A DNA stretch of 61,970 nt, the filler included, from Choristocarpus tenellus KU-1152 (Eukaryota; Protista; Phaeophyceae), in the NCBI GenBank assembly GCA_964200185.2. It is 8 parts of 8 records of this genome, joined end to end, with 100 filler letters (N's around TTAATTAATTAA, not from the genome) between each part and the next. Parts side by side here need not be neighbours in the genome. Positions count along the whole stretch, not along the records: positions 20,764 to 29,402 come from CAXNAD020004501.1; positions 29,503 to 32,164 come from CAXNAD020025857.1; positions 32,265 to 43,416 come from CAXNAD020002479.1; 5 more parts are not named here. One strand, given 5' to 3'. Within the stretch, counting starts at the first letter, position 1. Each line of letters begins with the position of its first letter. Below the pieces are notes generated by a model that saw nothing but the letters and a program-made list of their open reading frames with translations, ran no database searches and was not told the origin of the DNA. This document shows positions 24,044 through 35,740 of the stretch, piece by piece. The position numbers and the translations under genes were made by a program.

Positions 24044-27000
24044 ATGATGTCTGAAGGCGGGGGTGAGACTCCACACGAGGAAGGTATCTTTGTTCAGTTC
24101 TCAACATTGACATTGCATGTGACTGATGTTGAGACCCAATGTTTGGAGGACCTAATCGAGGAGGATGTACTGGAGTTGCTGACGGCAAGACACACGTACG
24201 AAGAGAGCTTGCGCATCTACTATGGCGAAGGTATCATGCGGGAGGTGATGTTCAATCAGGCGGAGACCTTGGATGCAGGAAAAAGACAAGTTCTTGTGGA
24301 GGACCTCAGACACAAGTGGAGAGAAGCTGGAAAAGGAGAAGCTGCGGAGGAGATGTTTCTTGCCTCACTTAAGGAAATCGCAGGTGTGAACGAGGCACTC
24401 GAATGGGACTGAGTGAGAATCCGTGATTATATGTACAAGGCTGCCACAAGATGGGGTCAGAGTCTATGGAAGGGCCCTGCAGAGGAAGCCCCTTACATAT
24501 TGAGAACTATAACAGATGGATTTACTTTTTAATGAAGGAGGTGAGTTGAAGGAAGGTCCGTCAAAGGTGATGCCTGAAGCTATATTCTTGCAGGCCCTAC
24601 CCCTTTGCACTTCCAAGAAGAGAGTGTTGGCTGAGGGAGCTCATGATGCAAATGTAACGAAGACTTCTACAAGTCGTTCAAGCCAGTGAAACGACATGCC
24701 CTGAGTTTCAAGGAGTAGGAGGATATCGTTGCTATAGAAGGTCGCAAAGAGAAACATCTTGACAGGAACCAGACAGGGGCCAGTCCAAGAAACAGGATTC
24801 GGGATTCAGAAAAAGATAAACTTAGAGGTGCAGGTCAAAGAAAAAACCCAATACAAGATTAAGAAACCTACAAACACTTGCTTCAGATGTGGCAAGAGAG
24901 ACCATAAGGAAAGTCAATGCCAACCTGCCGTCCTGGTGCGGATTTCTTAAATGCAACATGCTCAGGATGTTCCCGGGCAAAGGCCACAAACATTTGCAGG
25001 TGGGCCCACGCAAGATGAGTGATGACATCCCCTGCCTCCGCAGGAGGCCCAATTCGTCTTGCACTGCTCAAGGGACTCCAGCCACCATGGTCAAACACTA
25101 CAACCTCCCACTCAGTCCTAGGAAAGTAGGAGAGGAGCTGGTACAGGGGGCAGATCTATCCAAGTCGGTGGCAAAGAATATGCAGATACTCCACTGTTTC
25201 CTGCTGATCCCGCTACGGGAATGCACTTCATGGCAACCTCTGAGGCTCTTACGTCTATGTGACAGGATGGAGTGCAACTTCAGGCATTGACATATGAGTG
25301 ATCTGACCACCAGGTGGCATTGACATGAAAGGTAAGACACCTTTTGCTGCCAAGGCCCTGTTCAACAGCAGTGCAGACAGTCAGCAGGGATGACAGCCAT
25401 TACAACGGGGCTGGAGGCCAAGCCCAAGGCATATCATGGGGGCAAGGTAGTACCTCATCCGGTCTCCCATCATAATGAAGTTTGTGTAACAGATAGCACC
25501 ACTGCCATGATAACAAAGTCACAATTCCAACGTACATTGCTATCCACTCCAGATATGGGTACCTGATGTAGAGGAATCGAGTTAGTGATCCAGGCAATGA
25601 TGATGTGATCATTATCAGCAACCAGACCATGATAGAAGATCTTCAAATTGAACTACGGACTCTTTGTCACCTACCCCATCAACCAAGATATTCGTCAAGT
25701 TCACCAGGCCCTACACCCCTGAGGATAACTGCCTTGCTGAGCGCTAGTGACGCATCCTCCTCAACAAGGCCAGATGCTTTCTTAACACCACTGATCTACC
25801 TAAACAACTGTGACCTGAGGCCCTTGTCACTCCCACCCTTATCGCCATTTTTTTCCCAACCTCCACCCTCCACTTCAACACCCCCTACCATGCCTGGCTC
25901 CCACCACCCTGACCTGTCATATCATTGCATCTTTGGTGCCTGGGCCTATGTCCTCCATGTCCCCATAGAGGCAAACTGGAACACACACCTTGGAAAGGAC
26001 ATACAGTCGGCTACAGAATCAACAGCAATAGTGGAAGAATCTGGAAACCGCATACATACCATACACTCTCAACACACATCATGTGACATATATCGAAAAT
26101 CCTGAGCTGTTGTTTCCCTCCTTCTCCTGCCATGCCCCCATTCACTGAACTCAGTGCCATCAACCAGCCTAATCCCCCTCCCTTCAGTCCAAAGACTTCC
26201 CAACCCCCCACGACTCTCACTCCTTCACCATCGTCCGCCCCCCCAACCACTTCTGACCTCCCCTATCGCTGAGGTCTGCACTGAGGTCCCACCACTGAGG
26301 CCCACCCCCCCCCACTTTATATCCTGCTCAGTACCATGAACTCACCTCAACTCCTTCAACAACCTTGGTCTCCTAGAGGAGGCTTCCTCTGCGATTAGGT
26401 TCCTTTTCGCTCACTCCATCATCCTTGTTGGGGCATCTTCTCCAACTATCTCTCTCTCCACTACCCTCCAGTCCTTGTTTGTCCATGCCATCCTTCACCA
26501 CACCCTCTCCTGTTCCATTGTCCCATATCTTCTACGCTCCTTCAAGGAGGCTATGCAGTACTTGAAGTGGGAGCAGGTCATCCATATCGAGTATGGGCCT
26601 CTCCTCAAAACATGATGTGGAATGTGGTGAATGAATCAACTATCCTCACCATGGAAAACATAGTCTCAACATAGTGTCTATACGAGACTAAGCATCAATC
26701 GGATGACTCTATCTCCAAACGCAAGACCCACCTCGTCCCCAAGGGCTATACCCAGGTCCCTCACATCGATGTTTACAGCACATTTGCCCTTGTGGCACAC
26801 CTGGGCATCATTCGCACTCTCTTTTCCCTTCCCGCTTATCATGACTGGACCCTATTTTTAGTGGATCTCAAGCCAGTCTTCCTGTAGAGCACCCTCCATG
26901 ACCGCCTCTTCATCCGTCCTCCCCCTGGCTTCCCTTAAACTAATTCCTGGGGTCAACTGCAAGGGGATAATCTCCACATGACCCTTTACGGTCTTTGCCA

Positions 27001-28140
27001 TGCCCCTGTGCCTGGTACCAAACCCTCCCCTCCACCAATCCCTCATCACCCTTAACCCGTCTCCTAGCGTTGCTGACCCCTGTGTGTACACCATAGGGGA
27101 AGCTGAGATCATCCTCTTCCTTTATGTGGATGGCCTAGGTATCACCAGGTCCAATCCGACCTCACCGAAAGTACTCGTCAGCAACTTCAATATTGCTTCG
27201 ACAAGGAGGACCTGGGCCATGCTACCTGGACCCTCAGTACACAGATTCTTCAAGACCTGACGTGCACAAGATTCTACTTGATCAAGAACTGTACGTCAGC
27301 ACCACCCTGGACCACTTTGGTAAGTGTGGGTGCAACTCCTCAACGAGGCCTGACACGACGTAAGATTCTGCTTAATCTAGATCTGTACGTCAGCAACATC
27401 CTGGACCCCTTTGGCCTGTGTCTGGGTGCAACTCCTCAATGAGGCCCATGACCCTTAAGAACTCATACCCCACCCCAACACCCCTATTCCTACCCACAAG
27501 AATTACCTCTACCAGACCATGGTGGACAGCCTATGCTACCTTTCCATTTGCACTCACCCCGACATTTCCCATGCTGTCATGCAACTCACTTGTTACATGG
27601 CTGGTTCCTCCCGCTCTCGCCTTGTTATGGCCAAGGGTATCCTGCTCTACCTTTGAGGTGCCCCTCATTTCTCCTTTCGATGTTTTTTCTCCTCGTCCAC
27701 CTCCCCCTTCCCTCACAGGTATGCTGACACAAGGTGTGCCAACGAACCCAAACCCTACATCCAGCTATGTTGTCATGCTGGACCACCACCCTCTCACCTG
27801 GTCCAGAAAAAAGCAGTTGGTTCACCATTACCCTGTTCAGTACACAAAGTGAGAGTAAAGTCCTAAGCTTTTCGACCCTGGAAGCTCACCGTCTTTGCAG
27901 CCTTCTTTTATTTATCAGTTTGGAACCAAGAACGCCATCACCATTTCCGAGGACAACCAAGGGGCTGTTCATTTGGCCACCAATCTGGCTTACAGCTTCA
28001 GATCATACACCTCGCCTTTGTTTGAGAGACTTGCTGCTGGAGCGATCAAGGCAGTTAACATCAGTATGAAGGAGCAGCTTGCTGACACCCTCATGAAGAG
28101 CATCCACCATATCCTGTTTGAGCACTTTTTTTGGTCTCAA
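24044..28140 (+). mobile_element. Decayed Ty1/copia retrotransposon sequence (gag-like, CCHC knuckle, integrase remnant, RT, RNase H)
   Basis: CFRCGKRDHKESQC at ~24879; IFGAWAYVLHVP; K.HLVPKGYTQ; ADPCVY..ILFLYVDG; SSYVVML..PLTWSRKKQ; ITISEDNQGAVHLATN; EQLADTLMK. Multiple stops. Confidence 0.85.
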
Positions 28141-28207
28141 CTACTGGTGTATTTCTTCTTACGTTCAGATCGTTTTTTTCCCCTCTCCTGTGGAAAGCAG
28201 GTTTTCT

Positions 28208-29402
28208 GTTGTTATACCGTTATTGCCGTATACAATATACCGTTATACCAGTTGAGGTTGTGTTCTGAGAACTTCGTTTCAACTGTGTGGAGGATATTTG
28301 GAGTGATCTATTTCCGTGCCTTTCCGCAACGTCTATTTTGAGCACATTTTTCCAAAGGTGAACCTCCAATATCTGAAGTGTTTCTTTTCCAAAACCCATC
28401 TGAATCGTGATCCTCCCCACTTCCTCAGTTCCCCACTTTTTCTTGTAAGTCTTTTCAGTCCTTGTAGTGGTCCAAACATAACCTCGTCCTCTGAGTTACA
28501 GTTCATCTTGGTCTGTCTGGTCCATCTTGCCCGGTGAAGTTCTTCACCACACCACCCTTAGCTGAGTGAACTACACCGCCACAAAATCACCCGATTCATA
28601 TTGGTGACACCAGTGAACTCAGAGATAAGGTAGTGGGTAATTTCTGTTTGACCACTGACTCAAGATGTCGAATGCAAATCACGAAGAAAGCGGCGTGAAC
28701 AAGAATGTCTGCCTGAACACCTCAAAGAATCAAGAGAAGCAGATGAGAAAGTTGAAAAAAACGAATCAGTAGAGGACATGGACTCCTCAACCAACCATGA
28801 TTCCAATTCGTCAAGTCAATCGTCTACATCGTCTAATGATGTAAGAAACACAAACCGCAGACAAGTTTTCCCCCTGTCTTCCCCAGATTGTCGTCGTCAG
28901 ACAGGAACCGTGTCATCGACCTTTGAGCATCGTGCCCGCTCGGGTGACAGTGACGCTCGCCGTGTCCTTTTTCAGGACAATCCTGTCTCACCTCCAAGTT
29001 TCATTACTTGTGACATGGCCATTTTGCAGGCTCAGTTTGGCGATGCTCTTCCAGCGTTCATTGAGTACCACGTGAACGAATGTGCAAGAATAAACATTGT
29101 GTCACCCAAATGGCTTCAGGATCTGTTGAAGCTTCAAACACGGGGAAACTACATTGATCAAGTTCCTCATTTGGATTATGTCCAACTCCAAAGAGAGAAT
29201 CAAAATCTTCAGACGGAAGTAGAACATTGCCGAGCCGGAGAAGCTAATCTTACCAGGTCTTCAGCTCGGTTGTCGGTGTATCCACCCATGACAGTGTTAA
29301 AGTATCCCCAAAATCATCAAAGAGGGTAAAGGTGATAAACCCGGCGAGATTGCTTGATGTCTGTAGAGTGATTCATTAAATAGAGGTGGGGCATGCAAGG
29401 CC
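28208..29402 (+). mobile_element. 5' end of an LTR retrotransposon: LTR end (~28600), PBS-like TGGTGACACC (28602), gag-like ORF 28778-29329
   Basis: 28470-28600 is homologous to 43710-43839, which ends in CA. It is followed directly by TGG-initiated PBS-like sequence and an ORF. LTR start uncertain; cut by a gap. Confidence 0.55.
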
Positions 29403-29834
29403 NNNNNNNNNNNNNNNNNNNNNNNNNNNNNNNNNNNNNNNNNNNNTTAATTAATTAANNNNNNNNNNNNNNNNNNNNNNNNNNNNNNNNNNNNNNNNNN
29501 NNAAGGTATTGCCTCTTCCCCCTCCCCCGAGGTAGTGCTGCTATAGGGGGTGGGGGTATGGCAGGTATGGCACGTGGGTGGTCGATGGCTATTCAGATAT
29601 TTTGGGGGGGAGGTTTTGGTAGTGGTTCAGTTGCTAGTTTTTTTTTTATTCGAGAGAGCGAGCGGAGTGAACTGCTATTTTTTTTTGGGGAGGGGGGGTT
29701 TTGTTTGCAATTTTTGTTTTTTATTATGGTACTGTGTGCGTCTTGTAGGGGGGGGGGACCTTCAGGCTGGGTCTGTTGACTTTTGAAATGCAATGATGTC
29801 AGTCTCTCTGTCGAAGCAATCGATATTCATGCCT

Positions 29835-29860
29835 CCCTAACCCTAACCCTAACCCTAACC
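29835..29860 (+). repeat. Interstitial telomeric repeat (CCCTAA)4 just upstream of the XDH acceptor
   Basis: CCCTAACCCTAACCCTAACCCTAACC read directly. Confidence 0.9.
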
Positions 29861-29867
29861 CCCCAAG

Positions 29868-30064
29868 GTGATTTGCAGAGTCAAGCGGTTGGGCGGTGGC
29901 TTTGGAGGCAAGGAGACCCGATCTATATTTCTATCATGCGTGGCTGCTGTTGGTGCAAGTGTCACTGGTAGGCCTGTGCGACTGGCCCTGGATCGGGACG
30001 TGGACATGCAAATCACGGGACACAGGCACGCCTTCCTGGCACGATACCGGGCTGGCGCCGACAG
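29868..30064 (+). CDS. XDH: Xanthine dehydrogenase internal exon (molybdopterin-binding domain)
   Basis: [15 protein letters not shown]...[23 protein letters not shown]; bounded by AG (29866-29867) and GT (30065). Confidence 0.93.
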
Positions 30065-30123
30065 GTTAGCGAATGACTCCGTTGCTGGACGCTTTTTTGT
30101 GTTTTATTTTTTGGGAGGAGGGT

Positions 30124-30165
<42 letters not shown>

Positions 30166-30304
30166 GGGTTGTTTGTTGGGGGGGGGGGGAAAGGGAGGGG
30201 GGGATTCTGGCGGGTTTATCTTTACCAGGNNNNNNNNNNGGGGGGGTGGGGGGGGGGGGGGTTGGTGGGGGGTGGGGTGGGTGGGGGGGGGGTGTTTGGG
30301 TTGT

Positions 30305-30345
<41 letters not shown>

Positions 30346-32781
30346 TGAGGTGTGAGAAGTTGGGAAAGTGATGTTTGTTCCGGGGTGAGGGATACGAAGT
30401 GGATGATCCTATCGGGATTATCATCATCCAGTGGAGGGTGTGATTGTTTTGAATGGTGTTCTGGTTGAAGAAAGAATGATGGCGATTGTTTGTGTTATAT
30501 GTGGAGGCGTTTTGTTGTTTTGGCATGGCGAGAGCGGTAAGAAGCTGTCCTTCGCCCTAAGGTTAGGGAACAACCCTTGTGAGCAAGTAGTAAGATAGAT
30601 GTGTGTGTGTGTGTGTGTGTGTGTATCAGCTTCTCCCACTCTTACACCTTAGGTTTCCTAGTTCGCTTGTCTCTGGCTGGTGAAAGACCTTACATCACAG
30701 TACCACTAACATTGAAACATCCATGACAAGGCAATGTGTCTTGTGTGTGTGTGTGTGCCTGTCTGCTTTGTGTTTATTTATTTTTATTCGTGTGGACCCC
30801 AAGAAAGACGGTAGCTGGTGACTATCCGCTCATCACTCACCCCCAGTTCCTATCCCTTTTCTCATTGGTGCAGCAAGGGTAGCATCTGCTGTGCTGCTTT
30901 TGGTTGTACTGTGCTGCCTTAGCATGGGTTTGCTGTGTTTGTATTCCTGTATTACTTCAAAGCACATTTTCAAGTGTTAGTGTAGTATTGGTTTTTAGTC
31001 GAGAGCATTCTTTTAACTTTTTTGCATCCTCAACCCCCGGTTCCGCCACCGCCCCCATCTCCATTCCCATCCCATCCCATCCGTATCCTGCCCTAGAGCA
31101 TGAAACAACGATATGTGTGAGTATTATTTTATAGTGTATTGATTCCTAAAAATGTAACAGTGGTAGTAGAGGTAACGACTTTATCGCCAAGGTAAAGGAA
31201 TGCGCCATGTGAGAGCTTGTCTCTGTCAGTATGCAAGATTCGACACACTTCGATAGTTTTCCACAGCACGAGACTAAAAAGGGTATACCGATTTCAACAA
31301 GACAAAACAAGGTACACCAATTTCAATGTTACCAGTCGTATCCTCACCTGCGGGCTTCACTTTCACATCCCCAGGTTGGTAAATATAGTGTCCTATCCCC
31401 TTTATTCCATATCTAGGATACACCACCCCCCAAAAAGTAGCATTACTGTCCACTACACACATCAACAGCATCCGTTGCATTGACCTACCTTTTCCCCTCT
31501 CTCTCTCTCCCTGCACCCCGTCCCTCCGCCTCCCAATATTCTGAAAAATTCACATCTCTAGACAACAACAGCAACAACAACAATAATAATAATAATAATA
31601 TTAACAAAAAATGAGATGAAATACCACAACCTTTCTTCTTTTTTTCTTTTTTTTACGTCAATAACTTGTCCGTACCACGGACGGTTTTACAGAACGATTA
31701 TTACCGCATGGACGTAAATTCTTCCCCCCCCCCCTTTTTCTTCCTCCCCTTTTTTCTTTTTTTTTTTTTTCTTTCTTTTTTTNNNNNNNNNNCCCCCCCC
31801 CCCTTTTTTTCTGCATCATTTTTTCTCTTTTTTTTTGCTCATGCAAAAAAAAAAAAAACTCACCCTATCTTGCATTTTGAAAATCAGAGCATCGAACTAC
31901 AAGTCGTACAAATAATAATAATATTTTTAATAATAATACTTAAAACTTCTGACCCCCGCCCTTGCAGAGCGATTACAACCGAAACGATACTAACCCTAAC
32001 CCTAAGTTCTATAGGCGAGTGATATTCCCGAACAACAAAGAACAAAACCACTCTAGTGTTCTGTTGTAGTGGGTCGAAGGCGTTGTATGTACCCCCCCCC
32101 CCCCCCCCCCCCCCCCCCACGGCGAGGGAGCAAGTCGCGCGAAAAAAGGCGTTCGTGGCGAACANNNNNNNNNNNNNNNNNNNNNNNNNNNNNNNNNNNN
32201 NNNNNNNNTTAATTAATTAANNNNNNNNNNNNNNNNNNNNNNNNNNNNNNNNNNNNNNNNNNNNTTTTAGCCATGTTTTCAATTGACTTGGGGGTAACAG
32301 GTGACCTCATTTGGCCTGACATACTCTTTGAAGGGATCAGGAACAACCACTGACACAGTCATGAGAGAGTACTGTACGTAACTTTTTTGAAGATGCGCTG
32401 CCGTTGCATCATAGGGCACGACAAGCAACTTGGAAAGTATAACATCAGCATCCTTCCCTATTTTTATCCCCCTCCTGTAATTATTTTTTTGAACAAAATT
32501 CATTCTGTCAGCATTTTTTTTTTTTAACTTTTTAACACTACCCCCCCACCTGAACCCGGTCTATTGCCAAGGTTTTTTAACACTGTGTACGAGTCTTACC
32601 ACAGTCCAACCAGATCAAACAAAAAGGCACAAAAAGAGAGCACCGCACCAGCCAACACCATGCCCACTGCTGCTGACATTTGCATTCAGCCCCAAAAGAG
32701 GACAGCCTCAAACTTGGACTTGTATCCATTAGGGCTGTGAGATACTGAAGAACCCAACCCTATGTTACTTCCAGTAGAGGC

Positions 32782-35740
32782 TTAGACGCCATTGATTGGT
32801 GGCCCATCAGGAATGTAGACCGTTATACCATCCAGCGCCTTCGAGAGCTTTACTTGGCAGCCAAGGCGGGAGGCACCGGGAGCATAAAGGTTGTCCAGTT
32901 CCTGTGAAAGGGGAACAACAAGGAAGGTCGCCAATAAGCAGTAGGTGTTCGTTCAGGCAGGTATGGGCAAGAATCAAAATACAATCCTCCAACTCAAGAA
33001 CTGGAAATAGTAGAGCTTTAGCATGACATACGTCACAAATACACACCGCTTCTCTCTATGATGTGTGTGATAGCTGCACTACACTCGAAGCAACCACTTG
33101 ATTTATTTTATTTTTACTGCCTTTTCCCTTGAGGCATTATAGTTACTGCCAACAGCAACTGTAATGCCTTAAGAAAAAACTGATCCTAAGAGTGTCATGA
33201 AATGACCGAAAACTGCCACTCTTGTCTCTCATGGCAAGGTGGGTAGTGCAGCTCGATCAAGTGGAGTCAACTCATCACAACTCCTGTCTCACACATCTAT
33301 TACATGCCATGCATAAGACTTGAGTGTATCAGAAACACTTCAAAAGTGCCACGACACGACTCCTGTGCATAAAAATGCCATACATGTAATAGAAACCTAT
33401 ATAAAACCCTATATAAAAATGAGAAAAAAGAAGTATCATCACCTGCAATACGGCCCTGTGCATATGGAGGACAGGAAGAAAATAGTGCACATCTCATGCA
33501 TGCTTTATAGCAACCCAGAAGTACAATTTGGGCCAAAAGGTGTGTGGCATTGCACACTTAAAATATCAACGGCATTCACCCACACACACTACAGTGCTGT
33601 AGCCTGTCGCAATGGGTCATGGAGCCTTGAACATAGTTTTGAACAAGCAGGTAGATATATTACAGTTTGATAGGCAATAACCTATTGCATGTTGACAAAT
33701 GACGATGAATCAACTAAAATAACTCCCTCCACAAGAGAAGTTTATGTGCTCGGTGGTGACATTCAAATTCCTTGAGAAAATTGGGCTGGTGAGGACCTCT
33801 CAATGGAGGTAATATGTCAATCACAGCTTTATTGCAGTGTCAAACAGAATGGCTCGTGACTAGATACTTTACCTACCAAGCTCCTGCCAAGCAAATTGCC
33901 ACCAATTACAAAAGAACGTGTTTAAATATTCTATATGCAACTATAATAAAATATATATGGAATGCAAGTGGAACACATAGATAGCTCCTTTTGTTATCAC
34001 TGTCTTCATGACAGTAACGCCTGTAGAAGCACTACAAAAGATCCTTGTCGATGGCTGTGACTGCCACAGCATTGACAAAATTCACTTGAAAACAGAGCTG
34101 TTGTCAGGTATGTATAGTGTAGTAAAATGACATAATTTGGAAGATAAACCTTCTGAATGTTGAATACTACATATTGGTTTGATTAAAAACGCCAACGGGC
34201 TACCTAAAGTGCTAATACTATATCAAAATATGGGGTGAATGACCAGCCGTTTGTTCCAAATATATGTAAGTATGTCCCCACTACTGTTCCACAGACATTT
34301 TGCAGCTGATCGGGGAAAAGAACATAAAAGAACACAGTGGACCCAACAGTCTGTATTGCATTAAACATAGACTTTCCTGTACAATTGTCATACTATATGA
34401 TACAACCTGAAACGCATGATACACCTGTATTTCAAACCACTACAGTGTACTCATACTCACACACGCATGCCTATACATTCCTCCCCCGTATGCCCCTTTA
34501 CCTCAACACTAGCCACTACATGTGTCGCAACCACATTTAAATATTGCTTTAGCTGTCTACTGAAACAGCCAAAGCTTTCCATTGCAAAGGTGTTGAGGGT
34601 ACACCTACGAAGAACAAGTCCAAAAATCAGAAATAAACCACAAAACAGTAATTAGTATGATACTTGGTGGCCTAGTACTGTAGCCTGGCACGGAAGTTGA
34701 GCCAGCTGACCAACACATTCCAGCGAGAAGAATGAGGCAGACACCCTCTCTGTTCCGGCTCATGTAACCTCACCTGGAGGAGTTCAACCTCACCATCGAA
34801 TGGCGGTTCCAACTTCTCATGGAACTCTTGAGGGATCATGACATGGCAGTGGTTGCACTTTGGTCCCTCGCCATACAAGTCCTCTGTCCACGTGGCTGAA
34901 TTGCGTGACTGAACCGGCAGCCCTAGGCCTGCGCATGGTCCTTCCAGCTCGACCTGGTTCAGTCAACAATACCAAGGAAAGACGAGCGACAGGGACAGTG
35001 GCACAACTGAAGGTCAAGGGCAAGCACGGGACAAGAACCACGAGGCATGATAGGAGTGTCCATGAACTTGCCAGTGGGGAACTAATTCGCCACAAAGCCG
35101 CCTTTACACAGCACAGTTACAATTTCTGCTGACCTGTCAAATAATGTCGTTTGAGAAACGTTGAATGATGGTGCTAAATATACTGCCTATCGAACGTATC
35201 TCGCCCTCTCGCTTTCTCACTGTATACTTCAGTGAGGTCATTATCTCTGGCTAAGGGGAAGAAATGCATATGCACATACCTTATGAGCCCTTGCCACGTC
35301 AATCAGGTTTTGACCAGGGAACGCAGGCACAGTCAGTCGCTTGCCCTGTTCGGGAAAGAGGAAGACCAGGGGTTTTGTATGTGTGGGTGACCTCATTCAC
35401 GCTTAACTAATCTAGTAATGGTTTTATAGCTTGAGCCTAAACTATATAAGTGGTAATTGAATAGCAATCGATATATAGATCTCAATATTGGTGCTCACAC
35501 GAAGTATAAATCACTAGTACAACCACGTTGTGCAGCGATTTGGAGGCAAGAAAGGTTACAATAATCTGAGAGTCCTTCATTCCCCTCACTCGCCTCAAGA
35601 TTGACAAAAGTAACATTGACAGTTGACTCCTGAACTGAGGGCAAGCTCGGTTGAGCTGTGGACAAGCTCCGTTGAACTGGAACTGTCGGGTGGCTACACA
35701 TAGCCACCCCTCCCCTAGCCCTACTTGCCAACCTCAACAT
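32782..35740 (-). CDS. Mitochondrial adrenodoxin-like 2Fe-2S ferredoxin, 170 aa, with inserted loop; exons 35740-35594, 35345-35280, 34953-34774, 32901-32782
   Basis: Arg/Ser-rich presequence; VNVTFVNLE|GKRLTVPAFPGQNLIDVA; LEGPC...EDLYGEGPKCNHCHV; SRLGCQVKL; stop. First intron needs a GC donor. Confidence 0.88.

Noticed and set aside
30073-30526. Poly-Gly / poly-Pro ORFs and apparent G-quadruplex tract
   Set aside because: Poly-G next to an N10 gap in a low-quality contig; typical sequencing or assembly artefact, and intronic to XDH.
31658-32164. Lys/Phe-rich ORFs and homopolymer runs
   Set aside because: Low-quality sequence near gaps.
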